From assembly GCA_951406725.2 (NCBI GenBank), contig OX597816.1, positions 32,612,001 to 32,676,000 on the forward strand: DNA of 64,000 nt, read 5' to 3'. Position numbers and translations under genes: made by a program. Position 1 is the first letter of the stretch, and each line of letters starts with the position of its first letter. Below are positions 26,601-40,814 of the stretch, piece after piece. This DNA is from Octopus vulgaris. Lineage: Eukaryota. Under the pieces are notes generated by a model. It searched no databases, had not been told where the DNA came from, and saw only the letters and a program-made list of their open reading frames with translations.

Positions 26601-28300
26601 ACTAGTTACAGTAGCTGCCCGATTGACTATGGACGTATCTAAGAGAGTTATTATAAACAGTAATTGCCCTAGGACAGTGCCCTGGGTGACTACATTTAGG
26701 ATTTGTGTTTTCTCCGGAATGACCCCATAGACTGCCACTTTCTGCCGTCTGTGTTGCAGCCATTCTCCCAGTTTACTTCCAATGCCAAGACTTCGCTGAT
26801 TATGACATATCATGTCATAATCTATCTTGTTAAATATCTTTGCAAAATTAGGATATGTCAGAATAACATCTGAATGGCCAAGCTGCCTTTTAAAAACTCA
26901 GTCATAGTGCAGTAAAGGTTCTGTGAGTCAACTTCTTCCTGGACGAAAGCCATGCTGTGTAATGTTTAGTACGTCATTTCCTTCTAGGAACATTATTAGA
27001 TACTTTCTGATGATTCGTTCCATGACTCTACTGATGTGTAATGTCAGAGAGATTGGTCTGTAGATTTTAGACTCTGCTCAACTTAATGTTGATGTAATCG
27101 AGAGTTAGCGCCTTCTTTCATAGGGCTTCGGTATTAGAGAATTGAGCTGGGCTTTTATCTGCATATGACCCAAAGTGAGGACACTTTTAAATGTTTCACA
27201 GTTTACCTCACTTATCATTTGTTGGTTCGCTATCTGGTTGTTTCTTTTCAGAATATATAGAAAATTTTAGGGTTTGTTTTTATGATTTCCATATCTATTT
27301 TTTCTCTCTCTCTTCTTACAATTCGTGAGTGAGTTTCATCTACTTTTCGATTTCTGTGCCTTTTCGTATTAAAATAGACCACTTCAGTTTCCTATTCAAT
27401 TAGTTTGAGTCCTTTCATCTGTGTCTCATAAGGATTTTTGTCTCTCTAGGAATCGTGGTTGTCGGTACAGTAGCCTTCATTTCTGGAGTATATTGGATGC
27501 TTACATCTTGCTTTGTTGACATAAACTGACTGAGTATAAAACAATGCCTTACATGATAGAATATTGGACTAGTTTCATTGGCGGATCTCTTCGTAGATTG
27601 ATTCCAATTTTGCTTTATTGAAATTCAAGTTGGATATCGTTTGAGTACTCCTGATGGGGAAAATGACAGCGGTTTTCTGAAGACCACACTTAGTTCAAAA
27701 TATTGTGGTCTGGCTGTTGGAATCACCTTCGCATATGGATACGGTCCATGTTAATTCTAAAGCACATATCTAAGATGTTGCTCCTGGTTTACTTGACTAT
27801 CATTTGTTCCATTAATAGGAAATTAGGAAATTCAGGTAATGCTTTTCTTCATGCAGTAACATCCCTGAGGGCATGTAGCCTTCCGGCATTTAAAATTTGG
27901 CACGTTTTATTTATCCAGGAGATGTATACTGATGCCCTGATTTATGTTTGTCGATAACTCTTCTATGTGTCTGAGGCTATCTTAAATTTAGCAGTCGTAT
28001 TTCGTGGTATTTGACGGACGGTGTGTTGTGTATACAATTATTTCAACTTCCTTTATATACATAATTAAGGTGACCCGAACTGAGTTTGAATTCGCCAGCT
28101 ATACAAGAGCTATACAAGTTTGCGGATGTACAGACCAAATCGACCGTGGATACACTGTTATCTATATGTATAACAGGATACACTGTTATATATATTTCTG
28201 CATCATTTATATTAGAGATTAGATGAGTTTCAATGAATGCCATACGTATAGCTAGAATGTATGCAGCAAGCGTTTTTACATAGAGAATTTTAGCTCTGTT
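26600..28300 (-). mobile_element. Old decayed CR1/L2-type LINE ORF2 (APE plus RT remnants, internally deleted)
   Basis: Minus strand: AFIETHL...DAEIYI (APE N-terminus), [41 protein letters not shown] and [14 protein letters not shown]. Confidence 0.82.
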
Positions 28301-28950
28301 GCTGAGTATTAGTAGAACTCTGATGATTAATGTGTGAGTGTACGCGCGAGTGTGTGTGTATGTGCATAACCTTTTTGTGCATGTAAATATGGCGTTTTCT
28401 TATGTTTTGTACATTAGATTTCACTTCGGTCATTGCTTTAGACTTCTATTTATAAAACTTTCTTTAAGTATTAATAGTACGACATCTATATGTGTAATAA
28501 TCAGACGCATTGAATTTAAGATAAGATGTGTATATTCAGAAGAATCTGCAGATAATTCCACGCACATGACTGTTAGTACTCGTTATCTGAATAAACATCT
28601 TACAATATTCTATATTTTAGTTCTTATCTAGTTCACAAACAAACTGAACAGCAACTGCAGACGGGAGAAAATTGTTTTCTTGCATTTAATATTATAGTAA
28701 AAACGATTTTGATGTTTAAGCTTCCCTATGTATTTACATATCAAATGCGGAAGCATATCGCCCATTATCTTCCCTTCTAGTGCCTTTATGTCTGGTGGGA
28801 TAACGGTAATAAAATTAAATTTGACTAGAGATAGACCATATTTACTTTGAATGACAATTTTTTCCCTGTGTTTTCCTGCTACACGAGAAGATGTGTCTAC
28901 TGAGGAAGTGATGGACCAGCCCACTGGAATGGCTTTCTTTCACAACTTAC

Positions 28951-29018
28951 CCCGTGCGTAATATCGGTCACAAAGCTGCGCATGAGTCCTAGATTTTAGT
29001 ATGCAATTGTATTATCTT
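28951..29018 (-). other. Candidate 68-nt spliced exon
   Basis: Strong acceptor ctctttttttgttttgcag and consensus donor GGG|GTAAGT. All three frames have early stops, but ATG at 28983-28981 opens MRSFVTDITHG to a phase-0 donor. Confidence 0.35.
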
Positions 29019-29067
29019 CTGCAAAACAAAAAAAGAGTGAATCTCTTCGACGGGACAGAGCGCTGGT

Positions 29068-29227
29068 CAATTTAATTGAACCCAGTGATTAACTGGTACT
29101 TAGTTTATAGAGCCCCAAATCGTAAAAGGCAGATATTGACCTCTCTAGATGTTGAACTCAAACTCAAAGTCGGAATCATCACTGCAAATCATTTTATACG
29201 ACGTACTAAGGAATCTACCAGTTCGTT
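29068..29227 (-). mobile_element. Decayed tRNA-derived SINE, family B
   Basis: CCCAGTG..TAACTGGTACTTA, AAAGGCA, TTGAACTCA and CCAGTTCG, homologous to 51616-51847. Confidence 0.65.
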
Positions 29228-29751
29228 AACTTTTATAGCCTCTATCCCTTGAAATTATTTAACAATTTAACATACTTATGAAAATATTTCTAGGCACACT
29301 CTCGCTAGGTAAGTTAAATTTAAAGAAAAGGTAGCTGTCACACTTTGTCTATATTTTCCCTGATTCTGATCTGTTTTGGTTACTAAAGTCCTGTAATATG
29401 TCATAGGCCAAAAGATAGAAGTGGTATTCACATAAATAATATGCAGGTAATTGAATATATTCAATCGTTAATAGTGCATGCACTTTACAAAGCATAATTC
29501 AAATGCATCAATAAAACAGTGAAGATCGGAGTTTTCAGTAGTGAAGTATCGGAAAATATGCAAAAGTAGTAGCTTTAGGGCATTGCAGCAGCTTCAACAA
29601 TGTAAATATTTGTATGAAACTTCATGTGTGCATTTCGAACTGCTTCGTAACACGTCTACAAATGTTCACAATATTTGTTAGTATGTTTGTATTCATTAAA
29701 TGGAATGATGGAACCGTATTTTGATGTTGCAGTTTACTAAACGAAAAGGTT

Positions 29752-29820
<69 letters not shown>

Positions 29821-31093
29821 TCGGCTTTATCTAGATTATAATCAATAAATGTTGTAAATGTGGTCAATCTATGGATAAGGGCTATGGAAACAAAATAAAA
29901 TATTATGTGACCCTGTGCATTTTATATATGTGTGCGTGAGTGTGTGTATGTAGATATATATATGTGTATATATGGATGTATATGGAGAGATCGATAGACA
30001 TATGAATAGATACAGAGATAGAGAAAGAGAGAGTTGTATATATATATAGATATTGAGTCACTAAATTTAATTTACATTTGCTAATTTGCTGGCATTTATA
30101 GAAAAAATACTTAGATGAATGCTAGTTTGAAAAATAAATATAATATTTATTACAATTAGTAACATGTGACATTATGTCCTGGGCGGTGATTATGATATTT
30201 TTTTGGAAAAATCAGTGAATATAGATTATTATCACTCAATCATCAGGTGTACGATTGTGATTAATGAATATAATTTTGGCATAGTGATTAATAGCAACCG
30301 ATGTTAAAGAGGTTGGAGCAGACAAAAGGGAAGGGGACTCAGTGGTATGTGCACCCCTCAAGAAAAGAAGTGGGCCATTCTAAATCCTGTCATTACGCCC
30401 TTTCCCCCTGGAATTGTATTCTCTCCTGATCATGTGCCCACCCTTCGATAAATTTTTGGAACCGTGCCTTAATAGGTGAATATTATTTCGCTACTACCAG
30501 TCTAGCAATCCTAAATAATTTTAGTGAAATGTATCTAATTTTGAAATAAGACAAATCGGTTCGAAATAAGATTTAATATAAGAAATACCACAGTCGTAAA
30601 TTTTCATTAAATTCATTATCAATAATAAAACAATGATTAATTAGCCCTCTCATAATGATATGTGAGGAAAACAAATTTACGAAATAATTATATATTTTAA
30701 CAATTTTTTTGTTTCACTAATTAACTTCCCAACGAAATGTTTAGATTTTCATGCAGCGTTATTACACTCAATGATAAATTTGAAACATTCTTTCCACCCG
30801 ATGAATTGACAGTGTTTTTAAAATGATACACTAATGAAGAATTGACATTCGTATCCTATTTAGAATTTCTTTTTTACGGATACAGCAATGTTTTAGAAGA
30901 GTAATGAAGACACAAATTTTGGACAACATAATGATTGTTTTATGACATTGCTTAATATGAGAAACGCTGCAAACATACAGCTTTATCTCCCGGAATATCA
31001 TTTGACAATGGAGAATTTCAATTTTTAATGACAGAGCGTAAACATATATAAATATGAGTGTGTGTGTGCGGGGGTAGATAACTCAATAGATAG

Positions 31094-31173
<80 letters not shown>

Positions 31174-32577
31174 GGAGAGACAGAAAGGCAGGCAGATAGA
31201 TAGATACATAAATATCAAGAGTGGAATTGAATAAATCTGAAATAATTAGACAACATTATTTATATGCTTTTAAGATTACTGTAGTATTCTAATTCCATTA
31301 ATGTAATCGTACTTATTTATTCTCTAATGGAAATATACAAATAATTGTTGTAAAATAAATATTATTAGAGTTGTTTCAAAATTTAATGTGATCGTCCTGA
31401 TCATTAATTATTCAGTAGATTTTAGGTACAATTATTATTTTAGTCCAGAAAATGTTTAAAACAATATTTGCTTTATTTTATTATAACATACACACAATAT
31501 TTATCTGTTACTATTTGAAGCTCATTTTCATTTAAAAATTGTGCAAATCACACGTTGGGAAATAGTTGAAAACTGTTTGGAAATATAGGAGTTGTTAAGT
31601 GTTTCAAAACATTAGGGCTAAATCCTATAGCCAATAACATTTCGTTGAAATTCTTATTTGCAAATTTTCTTCGATAAATATCGAAACACTTAATAATATT
31701 TTTGAAACAAAGAAGTTAAATCTACATTAATTTTCCAGGGAAGGACGTGAAAATCGAATTATGTGTATACCTCTCAATTATGTAAATTATTTATAACTGT
31801 CACTGATGCTGCCTTCAAAATATATCTACCTAAACTTACCATATCCGCGAAATATGTATATCATTAATTTTGGTTGTTACTGCAAAAATTCAACTATGGG
31901 TTTCCTCTCTTGCAAATTACCTTTTGATATACGTTGATATTGGCGAGTAAAGCAAGATTTCGGTACATAAAAATGTATCATGCGGCGGTAAATTGCAAGG
32001 TTGTATTGCAAAAATACACGTCAATGTAAGATGGAGATAAGGTCAGCTAGCAATATGTTATTTCCATCTCAAAGGAACATGAAACTTCATGTAAATTTTA
32101 CAGTTCAATTCCAATGGAATTTCACATTAATTTTCCACATGTACTAATTGAGTGGCAAATAATATATACATGAGGCCCTGTGTTTGAGACGTAATTCTAC
32201 ACTAAGAAAAATAATTTTAATTAATGAAATTCATCTCAATTATTAAATTCTTTCAATGAATGTATTCAATATTTGTATGCATGACTAAATGTAGGTATGC
32301 ATGTAGTCATTTGTGCATACATATATGTATGTGTGCTTGTATATGTGTGTGTTTACGTATATACAAGTATATTTATACATTTTCTTGAGTAGATGACAGA
32401 TATATATTATCTAATGTCTAGTCGAAACCCCCCGCACAAAGATGAGCAATTCAATGAATGTCATGCGTATATACTATTTTGGGAAAAGAGCGTTCGTGTA
32501 TATTCCGTGAAATTTATTTTGGACTTTTACTGCTCCAGGATGTATCTACCTTTCTCACACACGCACTGCATCTCCCT

Positions 32578-32640
<63 letters not shown>

Positions 32641-32642
<2 letters not shown>

Positions 32643-32800
32643 CAGGGTGTGGTGCATATACTGACGTCGAAATATGGAAAATATAAATAACGCTGACATC
32701 TTTTAAAAGTTATATTTACTAAAATTATATAACATATCTTGAAATACTACGGAGTACATTTATTCAATAAAACCGCCATTGGCTTCAACCGCGGTCTGAA
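32641..32800 (-). mobile_element. 3' end of a Tc1/mariner (maT/DD37D-like) transposon
   Basis: Terminus TA-CAGGGTG after (TA)n. The minus strand encodes the C-terminus AVEANGGFIE*. Confidence 0.65.
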
Positions 32801-33848
32801 GTGAGAGAGAGAAAGCGTGAGTGAATGAGTGAGTGAGTGAGTAAATGATTGGTTAGTGAGTGAGTGACTGACTGACTGACAGATTGACTGAAAGACTGAG
32901 TGACTGAGAGAAAAGGAGAGAGAGATAGGGAGAGAAAAAAGATTGACAAAGAGGGATATGAGAATGACGGCCACCTCACTTCCTTTATAAATAAATAAAG
33001 CTTGGGTTTCAAGAGTACTCAAAATAGACTTAAGAACTAATATTTTATAGTCGCACCTTAAGATTATCTGTAATGTTGTAACATCGTATATCCACAGGTT
33101 TACCGAGTATATCATTATGGACTAAGCGAAATCCTGAAGCAAGCATATGCGTGTTAATATTTGATATGTTATAGGACACTAGGATCCTGAAATATGAATA
33201 CACAGATCCAGAATACCGAGAGCTGAGTAAAGAAGTGAGTGGCAAGAGAGAATAATCGGCCATTCAAACATTGTAGGTAGTGCAACTTTCTGCCACTGAG
33301 AATTAAACACCGTAAATAGTGTGCTCAACCGCGAAGCTGTAAATCGAAGGGAAGTTGAATAACATATTCCTTCTTCAACTCCTTTCAAACATACCGATTC
33401 TGCCGAGAATCACAAAGTAGACACCGGAATTCCTAATCAAGTAGACCAGAATCCAGTTTCAAAATTGACCATAGCAATTCTTTGAAGTAGTTGGCAGTCT
33501 CCATAATAAGAAGAGAAGATTATGAAATTATATTTAGATTTTGTAGCGTTAGCTTTTCCACCGTTGATTCTCACATATTTTAGATACTTCTCTGTCTCTC
33601 TCCCCTCCAAATCCCACACTGTCTGTCTGTGTCTCCCTGCTACATAAATTTTTGGGAGAATATCTTACATTTCTATACATTAATTTATCTTCAACATAAT
33701 TTATCTACACGCCAATTTATTATATTTCCCTGAAGTAATTCTTGTGCATTCATACTATTTATTTTGCAAGAATTAGAATATCAAATTTACGGCAATACAG
33801 ACGCCAACCGTATGTTTTTTACTCCCTGGATGTATTGATGTGTACGTA

Positions 33849-35126
33849 ATTAGGTTGGTAACTAATTTTCCGGTTTTTTTTAAAATTTAAAGTTGTTTAA
33901 AGTTTTAATAAAAAATAACAACTAATTAGTCAATAATGCATTCACCCTTGTTGTTTACCACTTCTTCACAACGTTCAACAAGATTTTCAATACCCCGTTT
34001 TTAGAAATCGCCCGATTTCGACTCTAAAAATTGATCCATCAAAGCTCTCAATTCTGCATCAGTACGAAAGTCTGCGCATAGCATTTGAAAGAGATCAAAA
34101 GAGGGGGAAATCCTTTGTTGCCAAATCAGGAGAGTACGGCATGTGTGGCAGCACTTCCCAGCCATGTGTTTGAAAGGCTTCTTGGTCATATTGGGCTTAG
34201 TGGCGCGGGCGTATCGTGCAGCAGAAAAACGATCAGGTCTTTTCTCTTGAATAGATGTGTTGAATTGATCCATCTGTTGAACATAGTGTTTCGCGTTGAC
34301 CGGTTTGTTCCGTTCAAGCAATTCGTAATTGACATTCCCTTCCCAGTCCCACTATACGCACAACATCGTTTTACGTACATGAAAATCTTGTTTCACGCGC
34401 AGAGTCGCTTGTTTAACAGGGCTAAGCCATTACTTACTCTGTTTCATATTGATTTACAGGCACTATTTCTCGTCGCCAGTAACGATTCCGTAAAAAAATC
34501 GCTGTTTGTGCCATTGAGTTGAGCGGTGACGAGCAAGCAAACCAGCGGAGATTGTGGTTCGTTGATGATTTTTGTTGTATTTTAAAGCATGCGGATCCCA
34601 TTCTCCATACTTCAGAACACTTCCCATCGAGTGAAGATGTTTCTCTATAGTGTGGGATCATTTCATTTTCTCTGCCAGTTCCCATGTTGTTTGACGTGAA
34701 TTTTCGTGCAAAAGTTTGTTTAATCACTCTTCATTGAACTCAAGTGGGTCGCCAGAACGAGGTGCGCCTTTGAGCTCAAAATTTCTCTTTTTGAACTCAG
34801 TATTCCAATCACGAGCGGTTCTTTCAGCTATAGCTCCCTCTCCATACACATAGACAGCACAGATGTCTCGAGCAGCTTTTGGACCTTGGGTCCTTGATTA
34901 AAAGCAAAAAGGAGGAGGTGTCGAAAATGCTCATTTTTCTCAGCGTGAAATTCCGTTTTAATGATCTGAAAATAAATGGAAATTAACTAAAATTAACTGG
35001 AAGAAAAACAAAATAAATTCCAGTATGATTCAAAAGAGAATTCTCGAAAAAATAGATTCCAAAATTTAAAAACGCAATAAATACCAAAATTTAAAAGAAC
35101 CGAGGGGAATCAGTTGTCAACCCAAT
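33849..35126 (-). mobile_element. Full-span decayed mariner DNA transposon
   Basis: About 1.28 kb. TIRs ATTAGGTTGGTAACTAATTTTCCGGTT and (reverse complement) ATTGGGTTGACAACTGATTCCCCTCGGTT. Motifs GIVTGDEK*CL, NKPVNAKHYVQQM...IQEKRPDR, HMPYSPDLATKDFPLF and FLESKSGDF. Confidence 0.93.
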
Positions 35127-36833
35127 ATAAAAAGAAACTGGGCGACAACTTGAGAAATATGAAGGCGAGACAGTTCCATGACCAAACCTATCCATCTGTA
35201 CTCTTCTTACTAGCACTGTGTAAATAATTTATTAAAATATGTCTCTGAGTTTGGTGAAACAGCGTGAAGGAGACAGAAAAAACATTATATTTTAATAAAC
35301 ATTATAATTGATTTCTGTGGTTTTATCAAAGTGAAATATTCTGAAATTCTTATTTCACTATGAAATATTTTATATTCATAGACCTTTGTTTACATTTTTA
35401 CATGTAAATGAAACATTTAATGCTATATTGCAAAAATGCCAATAATCTTGTACTTCTGACATACTTATATCTATATAAGGAGTATTTATGGAAATGTACA
35501 TCGTACACTTTGTATATATGATATACGGTGTAGATGAATACAAGACGCAATATAAGATACCAGTGCCATCTGACATTATATGCTAGCATACTTTTCATAT
35601 TACAATAAGGGCTATATAGCATATATACCGACTGGGGCAATATTGTTCACATGTGTTTAGACACTCAAACATAATATCTTTGTCCGACATTTAAAAATGA
35701 AATCCAAAACAAAATATTGATATAGAAGAATTTGGCATACATTTAATGAACCCCATATTAAGTTTATGAAGCCCAATATGTTTTTAAAGTTTGAATTTAA
35801 AACCCTATTAATTCTCGTGTACCAATATCTTTTGCATTCAATAACTAGTAGATTTGACTTGGAAGATTTATGTACAGTACAACTTCACTGAAGAGTTTTA
35901 CCAATATTAAAAAAAAAAGAAAGCCATAAAAAATTATTATTGATGAAATTACTATACAAAAATGCTCTAGAGTAAAAAAAAAAACTAGTTGAGCATTTAG
36001 AGGTGCTTTATCATTATAGAAAATACCCCAAAACATAGGGCAAGATTTGTAAACTGCATTACTGGAGAAGACATAACCCATATAAAGCGTGTATTGTTCC
36101 TGAAATATTCTTTATGCTATGAAAGGCAATATCAGAATAGCCAAGAATCTCCAAATTGTTCTCGTACTACCAGAATTTAGTTCAATTATATTGGAACGTA
36201 ATTAGCTATAGATATATTCAGTTAGATTTCGTGGTGCTCTACCATTCTATCGTTTGAAATATATCCAACGTAACCGACGAAAAATCTAAACATTGTATCA
36301 AGAAAGATATTATGACGTCAGTAATGGTCTAATCCGCCAACGTCGGAGCTAACGCACTAATCTACACACAGAATTATCTCAGTTCTAACCAATTTAGCAT
36401 TAATATTATAAATACACAATATTGCGCACAAACCCACATTCACGCACTTTCCGGCACAGCAATAGAGGAAATATCAACGCTCCAACGAAATGCGTTAAAA
36501 ATACACACCACTCGAAAGAGAACGCTGGAAACCACATGCCTCGTCAATTACGCACCAGAGAATATATAACTTGAAATCTTAAGAACCTCTCCTAAAGCAA
36601 ATAACAGTTTTATTTTTAATTTAATCTCCAGCTGTTTCTACAAAATATGCAAATCGATTTCGACAATTGAAAACTATAATCTTCTCCAATAAACGCTAAC
36701 ACGAATTATTATACGAATAAAGTATCAAGATATGTGTGTATGTACAGTAAAAGTGTTCAAGCGGTATATATGCGTGTGTTTGTGTGTGTGTGCGACTATA
36801 CGCATATACACAACTTTAGATATATTTTTGTAA

Positions 36834-36910
<77 letters not shown>

Positions 36911-36930
36911 ATATATATATAAATATATAT

Positions 36931-37059
36931 ATTTATTATATAGAAGGAGCTTCTACAGGACTAGAACTGTTTCATTCAAGAGAAATCTTCAGGAAGCTCT
37001 AGTGCTGAAGCTCTAGTCTACAGTTCTAGTCCTGTAGAAGCTCCTTCTATATAATAAAT
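36931..37059. repeat. Perfect 40-bp inverted repeat with 49-nt spacer
   Basis: 36931-36970 ATTTATTATATAGAAGGAGCTTCTACAGGACTAGAACTGT is the exact reverse complement of 37020-37059. TA-rich microsatellites lie on both sides. Confidence 0.97.
36947..36999 (-). ncRNA. Type I hammerhead ribozyme
   Basis: Minus strand GAGCUUC-CUGAAGA-U-UUC-UCUU-GAA-U-GAAA-CAG-UUCUAGUC-CUG-UA-GAAGCUC: perfect 7-bp stem I, CUGANGA, 3-bp stem II with a U-U closing pair, GAAA, stem III ACAG/CUGU and GUA triplet (36956-36954). Confidence 0.82.
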
Positions 37060-37204
37060 TAATTTTACTCTGCTATGTATTGAGTACCTTATTTACTGTG
37101 GTTAACCCCGAATCAACCCGGGACCTACATATAAATATATATATATATATATGTATATATATAAATATATATATAAAATATATATATCTTAAAAGAGAAA
37201 GAAA

Positions 37205-37261
<57 letters not shown>

Positions 37262-37265
<4 letters not shown>

Positions 37266-37450
37266 AGAGTTTACGAAAAAACAAAAGACGAAGACAGGGG
37301 GTGTACAAAACAAACAGATGCATTAGTATAACGCTCAGAAATTTAAAAGTCTTTTACGTTTCGAGCCTACGTTCTTCTACAGAACGGGAGACAGAAAAAA
37401 ATAAGGAGAAAAGCAAGGAGAGAAAAATATGTGTTGTGGCTACGGATCTA
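37262..37450 (-). repeat. PLE pseudo-LTR-like short repeat (family of 2935 and 6930) at the end of (TA)n
   Basis: The minus strand contains CTGTAGA-AGAACGTAGGCTC-GAAACGTAAAAGAC, a variant hammerhead core with palindromic ACGT stem III. Confidence 0.62.
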
Positions 37451-38376
37451 TAGGTATACTTGGATAGTAGCATGTATTAAAAACTGAGGTATTGGACGCT
37501 GAGTATGTACATGTATTTCACTACTGATGTATTTGCAAATATTAGCCTGTATATCCATTCGGAAGGTGTATTAACGTTAAATTTGTAGAAATTTACCGCT
37601 TAATTAGAGAAATCGTCTATCCTAAAAAAATAGCCTCACTTTAACAATATCAATCATTTTCTATTGGTCAATACAGTAAAATAGTTTTCTCTAATAATTA
37701 GTCGTATTTTTTTCTTATTGCAAATTAATCCATAAATAAACCATTTATGCTTGGAGTTAATGATTGAATCGCACCTCACTTATACGCACAAACTCCTGAG
37801 TAAATTATATGATAACCCGTACATATTCAAATTTTTTTTTAAAATAATTCTGGCACATGATTCACGCGTAGTGTAGCACAACCTTAAATAAACTGCAAGT
37901 GATTCTTCTATGCACGGCATTCCTCCAGCATGAATTTTAAGATTATGTTGTGGAATAAAAAATATTTAAATATATGCAGATAAACAAATATAAATTTATA
38001 GACATCCAGGATGATGTGAAAATGAATATATGTATGGTGAGGAGATAAAATTTTAGACGTTAATGACTTTCTGTTCAAGAAAAGAAAATATATATCTGAC
38101 AAAATTAAATGATGTAGAAAAAGTAAACTTCTATTTCAAATTCATACGAATAATTATTGGTGAATCGGCGAAAGTGAAGATCTGTCAATCATCAATATTT
38201 ATAGTTATGTTTACTGCATCAAATCGAATATACCAAAAATCTATGAAATTAGGACAAATAAGATTATCATTAAATCTATATTTAGAAATGGTTTAAATAT
38301 TTTGCGTGTTTTATATTTTATATTTATGGCGAAACTTCACACATACTCACACGCAAGAAAATATACAAGTAAATAA

Positions 38377-38479
<103 letters not shown>

Positions 38480-38761
38480 CGTGTGTGTGTGTGTGTCTGT
38501 TTGTGTGTGAGTGTGTGTCCAGACATAATGGTAATATAGGTGGGGTGATGGAAGTTGCAATTAATATAATGCATTTGTGTAACATTGGTTTAACATTGTG
38601 CCCAAAAAATATATTAAGTGAGCATGGCGAAAATATCTTTAATTAAGGAATTAACACTAGTCATATGAATAAGCAACTAATATTAATCATATTATCTATT
38701 AACTATAAGGATAAATGCAGCATAAATATATGATAGATAAATTACAATTGCAAGAGCCGCG

Positions 38762-39297
38762 AGGATGAGGGTGATGACGATGATGATGATGATGATAGTG
38801 ATGATGATGACGATGATGATAATGATGATGATTATGATGATGATGATGATGATGACGATGATGATGACGATGATTGTGGTGGTGGTGGTGGTGGTGATTG
38901 TGATGATGACGACGACGGCGATGATGATGAGCATTGGAAAATGGGGACGATAAAGAGGAAGAAGAAGAGGAGGAAGAGGAAGAAGAAGAAGAAGAGGAGG
39001 GAGAGGAAGAAGAAGAAGAAGAAGAAGAAGAAGAAGAAAGCGAAGAAGAAGAAGAAGAAGAAGAAAGCGGAGAAGAAGAAGAAGAAGAAAAAGAAAAAAA
39101 GAAGAAGAAGGAGGAGGAGGTTAGGAAAGAAGAAGAAGAAGAAGAAGAAGAAGAAGAAGAAAAAGAAAAGGAAGAGGAATGAGGGGGAGGAGTAGGAGAG
39201 GAAAGAAGAAGAAGAAGAAGAAGAAGAAGAAGAAGAAGAAGAAGAAGAAGAAGAAGAAGAAGAAGAAGAAGAAGAAGAAGAAGAAGAAGAAGAAGAA
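38762..39297. repeat. Compound trinucleotide array (GAT)n-(GGT)n-(GAA/GAG)n
   Basis: Read directly. About 30 uninterrupted GAA units at 39205-39297. Confidence 0.97.
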
Positions 39298-39713
39298 CTA
39301 GAGCAAATCAATCAATAACGAAGGTAAGCAAAAATAAAAAAAAATGTAAAAGTAACTCTCAATAATACATAGATACCGAAATGCCTAAGAAGGGAAATAT
39401 TTGACTGGTAAATAAGTAATGTTCTTTTACAGCAGAGTTGTAGGACCGATGTTCATTTATTGATTGTTTGAAAGATTTATTTTCTCAATACAACCGGATT
39501 TATCCAATATCCATCAATTATAATCCTATACAATGAAAGTGAATGAATTACTAAGAGATAGAAGAAGGAAATAAAGAAATATAGTCTGAACTCTTTCGAT
39601 ATATTTTGAATACATTCGTTCTTTAACATTGGTTGCTTTGGTATACGTCTACTTTGACGGTGAATAGCTACCACAATAACATTATTGAATATTATGAAAT
39701 TGTACATACATTA

Positions 39714-39783
<70 letters not shown>

Positions 39784-39820
39784 ATATATACACTTATACA
39801 TATATATATATACACGAATG

Positions 39821-39872
<52 letters not shown>

Positions 39873-40814
39873 TGTGTGTGTGTGTATGTAAGTATATATG
39901 AATGCATGTACATAGATAGATACGTGTTGATGCGTGGGTTTCTGTGGAGGATATGAGTGTGTAAATTTGTGTGGGCAATAATTCGAAATGTAGAAACACA
40001 AACTTAGAGAGTGATGTGCGTCCTTCATTTGAAGAATTGGGGACTGAAATCATTCAAAGAGATATAACGTAGACTCCTAATTTCGCATTGAAATGAATAC
40101 CTCAAGAGTATGACAGCTATATATAAGTAAAATGTCATAGAGAAGATGTCAGATCTGGAAAATATGTATAAACTTGAATTAGGCATTTCTATAAATTTCC
40201 AAAATCCTGAGTGTTTTTATACGAGTCCCTTGAACCTGAGAGACTATCCACCGCTCAAAACAGCATTGACAATTTCAGAAATGTGGGTGTAAATTCATCC
40301 TGTTTCAAATGTGAAAGTATGAACCATCAATTATATCCATATAAATAAGGGAGGGATTCTAGCAAAATCAGACGAAATAATGTAACATAGATCAGTAGCT
40401 GGATACCTAGGCTTTTATTTTTCTTAGAAACATGAGCTACCTTCTCATCATTTATTTTCGAGAGCTCCTTTATATGTGATAAAGTTCCGAAAAGCTTAAA
40501 GGACGCATCAGATGCACCTTTCATAAACAAGGAATAAAAACTGGGATAAAGTTTACCGGGCTCTGATTTCATATATATATAAATAAGGGAAAGAATTATC
40601 ACATGGAAACTAATTAAAATTTTCGACAATACTGACTTCCCTTCTGAAAGCCCATTCTATTTTTAAAACGGAAATATGTGTCACACGGAGCTTCTTCAGT
40701 TTATGTGATACCACATTTCTACTCCATTCAGGAGTCAGATATTCATATATGTAGAAATGTCGTGCTTTTAAATGCATTAATGCATCTATTACTGATTGTA
40801 TGCTACATTAAGAC

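Noticed and set aside
33080-33490. Coding-looking plus-strand stretch (LKYEYTDPEYRELSKEV..., ELNTVNSVLNREAVNRREVE)
   Set aside because: Stops interrupt it every 20-40 codons, no domain is recognisable, and I found no consistent splice pair.
38692-39311. Poly-E/K/S/I ORFs, and all [12 protein letters not shown]/poly-I ORFs elsewhere in the track
   Set aside because: They are translations of di-, tri- and tetranucleotide microsatellites that lack stops in some frames.
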